Source: Verrucomicrobiales bacterium
Lineage (GTDB): Bacteria; Verrucomicrobiota; Verrucomicrobiia; Verrucomicrobiales; V1-33
Assembly (NCBI GenBank): GCA_031411295.1
Contig: JANOAV010000088.1
Span: forward strand, 1 to 40,301
Length of the DNA stretch: 40,301 nucleotides
Direction of reading: 5' to 3'
Within the stretch, counting starts at the first letter, position 1. Each line of letters opens with the position of its first letter. This document shows positions 16,005 to 26,700 of the stretch, in pieces. Both the position numbers and the translations under genes were made by a program. The notes below the pieces were generated by a model that worked only from the letters and a program-made list of their open reading frames with translations, made no database searches and was not told the DNA's origin.

Positions 16005-17870
16005 TCATTGCGCGACCCGTCCACTGTAAGGCAGTGAATGGCCTTGTCCCTTGAGGATCTCTTTGGTTTCGCTGCCGCGCGTTTCCTTGATGAGACTGGT
16101 AAAGGGATCGCCATTGAAACAAACTTCCCCAAAGAAGGCCCAAACGGAAGCGTTCTCATTCACGAACATGGGAGCCAATTTACCGGCGGTGGTGGTGTAG
16201 CTGAAGCCACCCAGGATCTCGCTGCGTCCACCTCCCAGCGTATGGAGCAGGGTGCCGCCGCGCTCCGTTTTATACCCCAGCACCCACACGTCTCCCCCAT
16301 CGTTCGTCAGATGCGTGCCTTGATTCTCAATGTTCAATTGCCGGGCCCAGACGTATTGTTTGTGAAATTTGAAATCGTCACCACACACATCCTCCAAAAA
16401 GACCTCCCCGCCTTCCGCTGCTTTGGAACTAACAATGGTGCCCGCCTCCAAACTCCGCAGCACCACGGTGCGACGCGTGTTGATTTCGATGCCGCCATGC
16501 AGCGTGCCGAAATGTTCAACGGAGACCACCGGAGCAGCGCCATTTTCAATCACGAAAGCCCGCAGGTCTCGTTTTCCGTAGTTGATCCAACCGCTGATCC
16601 CCACGACCCGCCGCACGTTTCCGCGCACCTTGAGCGGGCTACTAGTTTTATAGTTACCCGGCAGAAATACCGTGGTCGACCCGGAGTCCAAGGCCTTCTG
16701 AATGGCCTCCGTGGAGTCCACCTTGCCAGTGGGATCCGCTCCGAACGTGTCCACCACCGCCCACTTGACGGGATCTTCCAGATGGCACGGTGGGGTTTCT
16801 TTGACAGGAAGTCGCAGGGACAACGCTGGTGAAGGAAACGGGCTGCACGCTTCCTTCGACGCATACTCCTTGATGACTGGGCCGGCACTGCCCGGCTTAT
16901 CCTCGCCTGTGACACGATACGCGGCTGCGAAATCCGGTGTTTTAAGATCGGCCAAGGCCCGGCTGTAGCCCGCCGTGGTGACGTCGCGCAGATACATCAC
17001 GCCGCCGTTGTAATTCACGATCGCAGGCGTTTGGGCCGCTTTGGCGGTGCCTTTGATGGTCGCCTCCAGCAACAGGAGTCGGCCATAACTGCTCACCGCT
17101 GGCACGTCGTTTTCGCTGGTGAAATTACGAATACTAACCGACTGACCTTTGTTGCTGAAACCGGTTTCACGTTGATGGCGAACGGTGATGTTTTCAAAGC
17201 ATTGGCTGTTGACCGCCCCGGCACAAGCAATGCCCTCGCGAAATCCTAGGACCTCACAATTCAAGACGAGCAACGGGCCATTCATATCCCGATGCGCCAG
17301 ATCAAGCCCCACATTGCCACTGCATGCGCTGGCCAGGAAACGACAGTTCCGCACGGCTCCGGTGTTGTTGGAATAAAATTGTAGTGCCGTGGCCCCCGGA
17401 TTATCCTTCCCGACATCGAACGTAAGATCCTCCACATAGTTATGAAACCAGTCAGCGGAGCCGAATCCGCCGCACCACATGATGGCCTGCGGTTGCTTCG
17501 AGTCCGAGCAGATGCCGTCCTTCAGTTTGAGAATGCACGTTTCCCGACTGGCTCCCCGTAACATGGTGTGCCCCCAGTTATCATGGCCCTCCCAGCGCTT
17601 CGGCCAGGTTAGGGTTCTGCTCACGAGATACGTTCCCGCAGGAAAATAGAGCATGCGATGATGGCCCACGTTTTCATTGAGGGCGCGTTGCAGCGCCTCG
17701 GTGTCATCAGTGATGCCATTACCTTTGGCGTTGTAGGGTGCCTGCGTGACGACGATCGTTTGCGGTGCTGCCGGAAAGGAGATTTCCGCTGGCAGGGCAG
17801 AAACCGTAGTCACGGCAACCACCAGTGCGAGCAAACGGAAGTGAGGGTCAATGAAGTTGGGATGGAGCAT
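16005..17870 (-). CDS. Secreted beta-helix glycanase of the pectate lyase 3 / GH55-like type with two beta-helix domains
   Basis: Signal peptide; two N-cap motifs, YNAKGNGITDDTEALQRAL...LYFPAGTYLVS and FGADPTGKVDSTEAIQKALD...VFLPGNY. Confidence 0.8.
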   Translation of the reverse strand: MLHPNFIDPHFRLLALVVAVTTVSALPAEISFPAAPQTIVVTQAPYNAKGNGITDDTEALQRALNENVGHHRMLYFPAGTYLVSRTLTWPKRWEGHDNWGHTMLRGASRETCILKLKDGICSDSKQPQAIMWCGGFGSADWFHNYVEDLTFDVGKDNPGATALQFYSNNTGAVRNCRFLASACSGNVGLDLAHRDMNGPLLVLNCEVLGFREGIACAGAVNSQCFENITVRHQRETGFSNKGQSVSIRNFTSENDVPAVSSYGRLLLLEATIKGTAKAAQTPAIVNYNGGVMYLRDVTTAGYSRALADLKTPDFAAAYRVTGEDKPGSAGPVIKEYASKEACSPFPSPALSLRLPVKETPPCHLEDPVKWAVVDTFGADPTGKVDSTEAIQKALDSGSTTVFLPGNYKTSSPLKVRGNVRRVVGISGWINYGKRDLRAFVIENGAAPVVSVEHFGTLHGGIEINTRRTVVLRSLEAGTIVSSKAAEGGEVFLEDVCGDDFKFHKQYVWARQLNIENQGTHLTNDGGDVWVLGYKTERGGTLLHTLGGGRSEILGGFSYTTTAGKLAPMFVNENASVWAFFGEVCFNGDPFTSLIKETRGSETKEILKGQGHSLPYSGRVAQ

Positions 17871-18004
17871 GATGTGGAATTTAGATTAGCAACTAATACC
17901 AACGCGTCGCTCCCGGTAAAGCCCGGTAGGATAATTACATCGGGCTACCATTGGCGGGGAAGCCGGACTTGTATCTCCCTGAATTCGAGTGCAAACATCG
18001 ATGT

Positions 18005-20062
18005 ATGACAATGATTCGCTCCGTGGGGCTCTGGCTGATTTCGCTGTGGTGTGCCACGGCGGGACTGGCTGCGCCTGACGAACTAACCACAGTGGCGGAG
18101 GTGCGCCAACTGACGCAGGAACAAGCGCGCACGCATTTGCCGGTGCGCTTGCGGGGAGTCATTACCTTCATTAATGCCGATGCTGGGCATGCGTTCGTGC
18201 AGGATGCCACGGGCAGCATCTTTTTCAGCCCTGGTTTTGCAGGGACGCCCGGAGCAGTCTCGCCAGCCCTGGGTGAAACGGTGGAAATTTTCGGGCAGAC
18301 GGTGGCGGGGGAATTCTCTCCCAGTGTGGCGGGCGGCACGGCGGCGGATGGCACGCGACTACCCGTGCAATTGCAGCATTTACCGGAAATACGAACTCCT
18401 GCTCCAGAACCGGTGGACCTGCGGGAGATCAGGCAGACGCGTTGGCATGATCAGTTAGTGCAAGTGCGGGGCACGGTGCGGGAGGTAACGGGAGAGGCCG
18501 GCAAGCCCTATACCTTTGTGCGCTTGATTCTAAGTGATCGCTCCGGGAACACCATCGAAGCCTTCATTTATCAATCACCACGCGTGCCGACGGAGTGGTT
18601 GCAGCAAGAGGTTAGTTTGATCGCAGTGGTCGCTGGCGGCACCAACGAACGGGGGACCTTTGGCAACGTGAGGTTGCTCATTCCGAAATTCTCCGACCTC
18701 ACCTTGCTCCCGCGCCTGGCCGATGAACCGCGCTCCATTGCCTCGTTGTTCTTGTATCAACCACCCCTGTCGTCCTATGCGGATGCGGCCCCCCGCTGGT
18801 CGCTGCAGGGCGTGGTGAGTTTGGTGCGGCCGGGCGAGGGATTCTTCCTCTTGGAGGATCAAAACGGCGTGTGGGTGCAGACACCGCAGAAAATTTCGCT
18901 CAGCGTGGGAACCTCAGTGCGGACGGAAGGTTATGCCATGCAAGGTCCACGCGGCACGTTCCTGGCCGATGGGATCGTGGCACCGTTGAGCGTCGGCCCA
19001 GCACCGACTCCTCTTTGGCACACGTTAGCGGAGGCGGAGCGACCGTCAGCGGAAGCCTCGCTCGCTGAACTTACCGGGACTATTTCCGCACTGGCGATGA
19101 CCCCTCAGGAGCAGATCGTTTATCTGAGAGATGATTCCGGCCAGGCCTTCGAAGCCCGCAGTCGTGAGCGGTGGCAGACCACGCCACTCTCGGTGGGCGC
19201 ATTGGTTCGGGTGACTGGAGTTTGCCAAACGTCGCCTCCCCATAAGCAGCCGTCCTTACTCACGTTGCTGTTGCGCTCTGAGACCGACGTTCAGGTGCTG
19301 CGGCCCGCGCCTTGGTTAACCACTGAGCGCTTGCGCTGGCTTCTACTGGGACTCGGCGTCCTCGTGGGGCTGGGGTTGTTATGGTTGCTGCTGTTGAAAC
19401 GACAAGTCAGCCGGCAAACACGCCAACTCATGGAAGGCGTGATTGAACGCACCCTGCTGGAAGAACGGCAACGATTGGGGCGGGATTTACATGATTCACT
19501 GGAACAACAACTAGCCGGTTTACACCTGCACTTGCAAGCCTTGCAAGATTGGACGGCAGCATCCCCGTCCCCACCACACATTCAGCAGAGCGTGGTCACT
19601 GCGGGGCGCATGCTGGACCACTGTCGCGCCGAAGCCAGACGCTCGGTGTATGATCTGCGCTCCGGAACCTTGGAACGAGAGGGCTTGGTCGGCGCGCTGC
19701 GGGAACTGGTGGCCGGAACGCCCTCCGCGACGTTCACAGCCCCGGGCTCATTTCCTGCGCTGCCGAAGATTACCGAGTTCCACCTCCTGCGCTGCGCCCA
19801 GGAAGCCCTCGGCAATGCGCTGAAACACGCGGAGGCAAAAAATATCCTGATTTCCCTAACCTGCTCAACTAACGTAATTACGCTAACTATCAAGGATGAC
19901 GGCAAAGGCTTCGATCCCGCAGTCGTGGCTCGTAATGATGGCCAACATTTTGGCTTGCGGCATCTGCAAGAACGCGTCAACCGCCTCCAGGGGAAATTGC
20001 AGATCACCACCCAAGTGAACGTAGGGACCAGCCTCACCTTTACCATCCCAACTGTGCCATGA
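18005..20062 (+). CDS. Membrane sensor histidine kinase (HisKA_3/NarX-type) with a large extracytoplasmic repeat domain
   Basis: Signal peptide, ~430 aa sensor region, one TM segment, ERQRLGRDLHDSLEQ (H box), QEALGNALKHA, DDGKGF and FGLRHLQER. Start ATG 18005 or 18011. Confidence 0.92.
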   Translation: MTMIRSVGLWLISLWCATAGLAAPDELTTVAEVRQLTQEQARTHLPVRLRGVITFINADAGHAFVQDATGSIFFSPGFAGTPGAVSPALGETVEIFGQTVAGEFSPSVAGGTAADGTRLPVQLQHLPEIRTPAPEPVDLREIRQTRWHDQLVQVRGTVREVTGEAGKPYTFVRLILSDRSGNTIEAFIYQSPRVPTEWLQQEVSLIAVVAGGTNERGTFGNVRLLIPKFSDLTLLPRLADEPRSIASLFLYQPPLSSYADAAPRWSLQGVVSLVRPGEGFFLLEDQNGVWVQTPQKISLSVGTSVRTEGYAMQGPRGTFLADGIVAPLSVGPAPTPLWHTLAEAERPSAEASLAELTGTISALAMTPQEQIVYLRDDSGQAFEARSRERWQTTPLSVGALVRVTGVCQTSPPHKQPSLLTLLLRSETDVQVLRPAPWLTTERLRWLLLGLGVLVGLGLLWLLLLKRQVSRQTRQLMEGVIERTLLEERQRLGRDLHDSLEQQLAGLHLHLQALQDWTAASPSPPHIQQSVVTAGRMLDHCRAEARRSVYDLRSGTLEREGLVGALRELVAGTPSATFTAPGSFPALPKITEFHLLRCAQEALGNALKHAEAKNILISLTCSTNVITLTIKDDGKGFDPAVVARNDGQHFGLRHLQERVNRLQGKLQITTQVNVGTSLTFTIPTVP

Positions 20063-20679
20063 AATCCATTCGCCTCTTGCTGGTGGACGATCACTTTTTC
20101 GTCCGCAGCGGCCTCACCACCTCGTTGAGTTCCGAGCCCGACCTGATCATTGTCGGGGAAGCGGATAGCGTTGCCAGCGCCATCACGGCTTGGGAGCAGT
20201 TGCGCCCGGATGTCACCCTGCTGGATCTGCGCCTCGCGGATGGTTCCGGCATGGAAGCGCTGCGGGCGATCCGCGCCCAGGATCCAAACGCCGCCGTCCT
20301 GATTTTCTCGGTGGAAGAAACCGAGGAAGACATCTATCGCAGCCACGAAGCCGGGGCGGCAGGGTTTCTCAGCAAGTCTGCTCCCCGTCGCGAACTGCTC
20401 CATGCGATTCGCGTCATCGCCAGCGGGCAACGCTATTTCTCCCCCACCGCCACCGCCTTGATTCAGCAACGCCAAACCCACACGGGCCTCAGCGCGCGCG
20501 AACTCGAAGTGCTGCATCTCATCGTCGCTGGCCTCACCAACAAACTCATCGCAGACCGCCTCGGCATCGCGGAAAATACGGTCAAAGTCCACGTCGCTCG
20601 CCTCCTGGAAAAACTCAACGCCCCAGACCGCACCAGCGCAGCCAAACAAGCGCTGCAACGCGGCTTGGTGCGACTCTAA
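20059..20679 (+). CDS. NarL/LuxR-family response regulator
   Basis: LLVDDH, LLDL, FLSK and LSARELEVL...GLTNKLIA..LGIAENTVKVHV; ATGA overlap with the kinase gene. Confidence 0.95.
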   Translation: MKSIRLLLVDDHFFVRSGLTTSLSSEPDLIIVGEADSVASAITAWEQLRPDVTLLDLRLADGSGMEALRAIRAQDPNAAVLIFSVEETEEDIYRSHEAGAAGFLSKSAPRRELLHAIRVIASGQRYFSPTATALIQQRQTHTGLSARELEVLHLIVAGLTNKLIADRLGIAENTVKVHVARLLEKLNAPDRTSAAKQALQRGLVRL

Positions 20680-20695
20680 GAATCAGGTATTCTAA

Positions 20696-20775
20696 GCGAA
20701 TGTGGAGCAGTCGGCTCGACTGCTCCCCCATCCCACCAGCGCCACCGCAGTCCAGCGGACTGCGGCCACACTCGC
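20696..20775. repeat. REP-like doublet between convergent genes (same family as 33035-33101); may act as a terminator
   Basis: GAATGTGGAGCAGTCGGCTCGACTGCTC...GCAGTCCAGCGGACTGCGGCCACACTCGC: two hairpins inside inverted ends. Confidence 0.7.
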
Positions 20776-20790
20776 AGCGCGCCAAATAAA

Positions 20791-23700
20791 TTACCGCCGA
20801 TGGAAGAACCGCCGACGCTCGCGGTAGCCTACCAAGCCAAGCAAGGCCAGTGCTCCGACAGCGGTGCTCGCCTCAGGGACCGGCACCAGTTCAAAGCCGC
20901 CACCGGAGGTAATGAGGTCACCGCCGAGGCCCACCAAGGTAGATCCACCATCGCTGTAGAATTGCACCTTGGTTGGATCAGGGAAGGTTCCAGCGGAGAA
21001 CAACAGCTTATCCCCCGTGCTAGCGGTCCAAATGGCACCGCCCGTGTAATTCCACACGCTCAGTAATCCCGACCAAGTGCCGGTATTGGCGAACGTCAGC
21101 ACTGAGGCCGCGTCATTCATATCAATCGTCGAGGCCGCCGTCACACTCAAGGCACCTGTGCTGCCACCGAAGGCACCCGTCTGTAAGGTGCCACCGCTAA
21201 GGCTCAGCGTCGCGCCACTGGGCAACGCGGTGTTGCTGCCCAAGAGCAACGTCCCGCCACTGATATTCGTGGAACCGGAGTAGGTATTGTTGCCGCTCAG
21301 CGTCTGCACGCCATTGCCGGATTTGGTCACACTGCCACCCAGTCCAGCGTCGGTAATATTACCGGAATACGTTGCCGGGCCATTTCCAATTTCCAAGGTC
21401 TTCGCTCCCAAGACCACACTGGATCCAGCCACGCCATCCAAGGTGGCGATTGTTTCCGAGGCGTTGATCCCAGCAATGCTGAAAACACTGGTGAGACTGG
21501 TCAACTCCACCGCACCCGTATCCGCCAGCGAACCCGTTCCACTCAAGGAAAGCGTGCCTGCACTAACCGTCGTTTTGCCGGTGTAGGTATTGGGACCGGT
21601 CAGGGTGAGTGTATTGGTGCTGAGGCTACCAAGCGTGAAACTGCCTGCACCAGCGATTACACCATCGTAGCTGCCTGCAGCGGTTTGATTCACGGTGAAG
21701 TCCCGACCTGCGCCTCCGTTATTGATCGTGGCGGTGTTGGTGCCGCTGGTTGGGGTTGCGATGGTGCCACTCAGGCTACCTACGGTGGTATCCACCGCCG
21801 TTGCCAAATTGAGCACGGCATTGGTGCCGACCCCTGTGCTATTGGTGTTGTTAACAGACAGCGTGCCCGTGGTCGCACCGAGCGTGCCTCCTGTTCCGAC
21901 GGTCAAGGTGCCTTGGCTGAGTGTGGTGCCGCCAGTGTAGGTGTTTGCGCTCGAGAGGGTCTGGGTAAATGTTCCATCCTTCACGACGCTGATTACTCCC
22001 AGACCTCCCCCGCCGAGGATAAGGTGATTAGTCGTGTTTTTATTGGCTGTCGGGTTCAAGGTGAGGATCGAATCGCTCGCGCTCTTGTTGATGATGCTGA
22101 TACCTCCAACCCCAGAAGCCAGTCCGTTTAATGTCTGGTCGAAGCCATTTAGATCTAGTGCTGTGAAAGCGGCGGCGGTGCCGCTGAAACCGGAAATGCT
22201 CAGATTGGTCGGCAAGGCATTGTCGATCCCAAGGCGCACACCAGCGTATCCAACAGTCGCCCCGGTGAAGACTGTAGAATCGCTACCGAATGAATTGCTT
22301 GCGCTCGAAAGAGTAACGAAGTCACCATCGGTGTTGCCAACGCGAAACAGAATATTAGCAGTGGTGATCCCCGCCGCCTGAGTAATCGCCCCCGTGAGGA
22401 TTAGTGAAGCTCCGTCCTGCGTGCCGATGCGGGAGGTTCCGTTGGCGTTCAGTTCAATGTTACCGGCAAAGGTGTTGCTACCGCTGACGCTTTGGATGAA
22501 TCCACGGCTGCCAATTAGGAGTGGGCCGACGGGAGACGTCGTGGTTCCGGATCCATTACCCGAGATTGTTTCTGTGGCGGTGTAGTTGATCCCGCCGGAG
22601 AAACCCAGTGCGGCGTTTGCTGCGACTGTGGTTCCAGCCGTGTTCGCTCCAAGCGCGCCATTGGCCGCCACCACCAAGGCCCCTGAGTTGATGGCGGTTG
22701 CGCCAGTGTAGGTGTTCACACCGGAGAGGGTCAGTGCATTTGTGCCCCCGAGAGTTAGACTGCCCGCTCCGGCAATCACCCCGGCGTAGGTCCCGGGCAC
22801 GGTTTGATTGACGGTGAAGTTTCGGCCCAGACCACCGTTGTTGATGGTGGCCGTATTGGTGCCGCTAAGTGGCGTGGCGATAGTGCCACTCAAGCTTCCG
22901 ACCGTCGTGTCCACGGCGGTGGCCAGATTTAGAATCGCATTGGTTCCGGCGGCGGTGCTGTTGTTGTTGTTGACCGAGAGCGGGTTGGTATTTGCGCCAA
23001 GGGTGCCGCCGGTGCCGACGGTTAATGTGCCTTGGTTAAGGGTCGTTCCGCCCGTGTGGGTGTTGGCCCCGCTCAGCGTTTGGGTGCCTGTGCCTATTTT
23101 GGTGACATTAAGGGTGCCCGCCGTGTTTTTGACAATGCCGCTAAAAGTTGCAGTGGCGTCATTGTCCCCCAAAGTCAGGATCGGCGAGCCGCTGGTGCCG
23201 TCCACGGTGCCATTGCCACTCAGGCCATTAATGGTATCGCTGAATCCGGCCATGTTAAGGTTGCCCGTGCGGGTTGCCGTGTTGTTATTGAGAATGACAT
23301 TCCCTTTGCCTGCTCCATTAGGAATCTGGTTGGCTGCGCCCAGCGTCAGCCGTGCTGTGTAGGTTTGAGCAGGAGCGGCGTTGGTTCGGCCGACGACCGT
23401 ATCACCTTGGTAGTCATTTGCGTTCGCTGCGGAATTGAGCGTCACAGTGAGAACAGTGCTGGCCGTTGAGGTCTGGCTCAAGTCCAAAACCAAACCGCCC
23501 GCACCGCTAACCTTGTTAGTTAAAATAAAAGCGCCAGTGATAGTGTTGGAACTGAATACCGCATCTGAGTTAGCAGTAATTTGGCCTGAGAGGGTTATGC
23601 CCGCCACATCCGAGCGAACCCCAAACCGATCGGTGCCCAGTCCTGTATTGAAAACAATGGGATTAGCCAGCGTTTGGGTCGCTACCGTCGAAAAATAAAT

Positions 23701-26700
23701 ACCAGCCTTGTCCGTAGCAGTCTGGCCAATGATAATTGGGCCACTGCCAAAAGGGGTGCCGGTGATGGCGGCGTTAATACTAAGGCGTGTGCCCCCCGCA
23801 TTGTTGGCTAGGACTACACCTCCGGAATACGAGTTAACAGTCGCTGCGGTCAGGCCTGCGAAGGCCGTGCCACTATTGGAGTTGTTGATGATGATTTGCG
23901 TTTTCCGAGTTGCCCCGTCGGTCGTCGAGGCCAACGGTAGATTGCTTGCGGCAGATGAAATGTTGAGCGCGTCCACATACACACCAGTTCCTGAGGGTGT
24001 GCCTGCCGTAGTTGCGGAAGAAGCCCCGGTGCCTGATCCGGTATTTGTGATGAAAGTGCCGGCCACGCTGGTCAATAAGCCAATCGTTTGGCTGTTACCA
24101 AAGAGATCAAGCGTGCCTGTAGCAGCCAAGGTGATGTTATTTGCGCTGGTCAGGGCCGTGGCAGAACCGAACTGGAGGCTACCACCGTTGACTGTCAGTG
24201 CTGTGGAACCGGCAGGTCCCGATAGACGAAGGATGCCAGCGTTGACAGTAGTAGCTCCGGTGTAGGAGTTGGTGCCCGCTAAAATTAGCGTCCCGGCTCC
24301 AGCCTTGGTCACGCCGAAGCCGGCACCTGAAATGTTACCGCCTACTGTCAGGGTATTGGCCGTGACAGTAACCGTGGGGGTGGTAGAGAGGACAACCGCA
24401 CCAGTGCCCAGATTGAGAGCGTTTGTGCCTGTAAAAGCTACGTTGCTGTTCCACGCTTGCGCATTGTTCGTCGAAAGAGTCAGCGCGCTGCCACTGCTGT
24501 TATCTAGGTTGCCACCAGCGATGGTCAAGGTGCCAGAGCCGAGGGCGGCGGCGTTGCCAAGGTTAAGAGTGCCAGCGTTTAAAGTGGTGCCGCCGGCGTA
24601 GGTATTAACTCCCGAGAGAGTGAGGGTGCCAGCACCGGTTTTGGTCAGACTGCGGTTGTTGCCCCCGTCGCCAATCGCACCACCGACCGTGAGGGTGCTT
24701 GCGGTGGCCGTGACCGTGGCGCTGTTATTCAATGTGACCGCACCGGTGCCGAGATCCAAGGCATTCGCGCCGGTGAAGGTGAAGCTGCCGTTCCAGTTCT
24801 GAACGTTGTTACCTGCGTTGACGACCGCGCCACCGGAAGCGTTGATGGTCGTGCCTGCCCCGATGGTGAAGGTGCCGGTGCCCAGCGCGCTGTTATTCGC
24901 GAGGTTTAGCGTGCCTCCTGCGAGGTTCAGTCCCCCCGTCCCCGTGTTATTGCCGCTCAAGGTGAGCACGCCGTTACCGGTCTTGGTGACACCACTGGTG
25001 TAGGTCACGACGCCGCCAATATTAAGTGCAGTGCCATTGGCAGTTTCCCAAGTCTGGGGCATTCCTGTGGTGACCGGCGCGCCAATGCTGATGGTTCCTG
25101 CATTGGCAGCGACCGAGATCCCGTTGTTGGAACCGACCGGTGCAATGGTCAACGTGCCGCTAGTTCCCTGGTCGATGCTTACAGCAGTGACACCGGAGGG
25201 ATTGGAGGTAAACCGCAGGCTGTCCACCGTGAAGTTTCCATCCAAAGTGGTGGCGATGGCAGGTCCCGTGGCAGTGGTGGTGCTGAACACGAGCGTATCC
25301 GAGGCCACCGGCAGCGCTCCAAGATCAGTGGCCCCACTGACCACGTTGGAAAAGTTGGTGTCAGGGCCGGCATTAAGTGCGCTCCAAGAGCCTCCCGCAA
25401 TATCCCCGTGCCAATAGACCAAGTTGAGCGGGGTAGTGGTCAGGCGCAGCGTCTGATCCGCATTGATGGTGCTGAAGACGTAATTGAAGCCGGAGGGGGC
25501 ACTGCCGAGCGTGTAATCCCCAGCGGCTAAGCTGCCCGCAGTGACGTTGAGCAGATCATAAGTGCCAGCCGCCAGACCACCTAGGCTGTTGAAGTTTAAG
25601 GAGACCGAGGGGGAAACGTTGGCAGTGCCAGTGAGATTGAGGACATCATTCACTGTGGGTGCGTTGAGGTCAAAACCTAAGGAACTTCCAGCGGCCAAGG
25701 TTAAGCCATTAATGGCCATCGTCGTGGTAGCATTATCGTAGAGGTTCAGGGTAGCGGCGGCGGCTATGCTGATGCTGCCGAGACCCGTGGCGGAAAAGCC
25801 AGCATTGAGAGTTCCGCCACTGACGGTGACGTTTCCACCGTTAAGGTTGGTAGTTCCCGTAATGGCAATCGCGCCAAGCCCCGTTTTGGTGAGATTGGCT
25901 GCGGTCGCGGTGGTCACGCCGCCCAGTAAATTCAGCACTCCGCTGGCATCACTGGCATTTAATGTGCCGCCACTGCTGCCCAGCGTCAGCACCTGATTGG
26001 CTGCAAGGCTGGTGGCGCTGGCTGCGGTGTAGCTGAGGGTGCCGCCATTGATTCCCAGGGTGTTAGTGGCCGAGGCATTCCCCAATTGGTTGCCAGCAGA
26101 GAAAGCCAGAGTGCCGCCGCTGATATTGACCACGTTGGCGAAGGAGCCCAGCCCATTATTGGTCAGGGTGACTGTTCCGGCGGTGCTCTTAGTCACGTTA
26201 ACTGCTCCTGCAAGCCCACCTGCTCCAGTAAAATTAACCGTGCCGCTGCGAAGATCGTAATCCGCATTCGAAGTGAGCACCCCGGTGGAACCCGTGAGGA
26301 TGCCGCTGCCTTGGAGGCTGACGGTGCCGACCGAGTTAGTGAACGTGGCCGCATCAAAAGTGCCGGTGTTGTCGATCGTGAGGTTGCCATTCGTCGGGAG
26401 TCCGCCGTTAATGCCCAGGGCAAGCGTGCCGCCGCTGACAGTCGTTCCGGCGCTGTAGGTATTGCCTGCACCAGAGAGGGTGAGCGTGCCCAAGCCGATC
26501 TTGGTCAGACCACCAGAGGTGTTGTTGGTGGTCAGCGCGGAGGAGGTTACCGTTGCCGCAGTGCCCGTGCCAGTGGAAAAGCCGCCGAGTAGAGTGATGG
26601 TGGGTGTTTCATTTGCAGCATAGACACCGGGGGATGTGATCACAATTCCAGTGAGCGATCCACCAGTCATGAGGGCATATCCCGAGGCAGGCACGCCCGT

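Noticed and set aside
15920..16159. 79-aa minus-strand ORF, and the 89-aa ORF at 15614-15883
   Set aside because: The first overlaps the beta-helix gene end in another frame; the second is a translation of the MITE palindromes.
20791..21300. Autotransporter beta-barrel or toxin domain at the C-terminus of the giant protein
   Set aside because: The protein ends in a PEP-CTERM-type TM segment with a basic tail; there is no barrel signature and no adjacent immunity-like gene.
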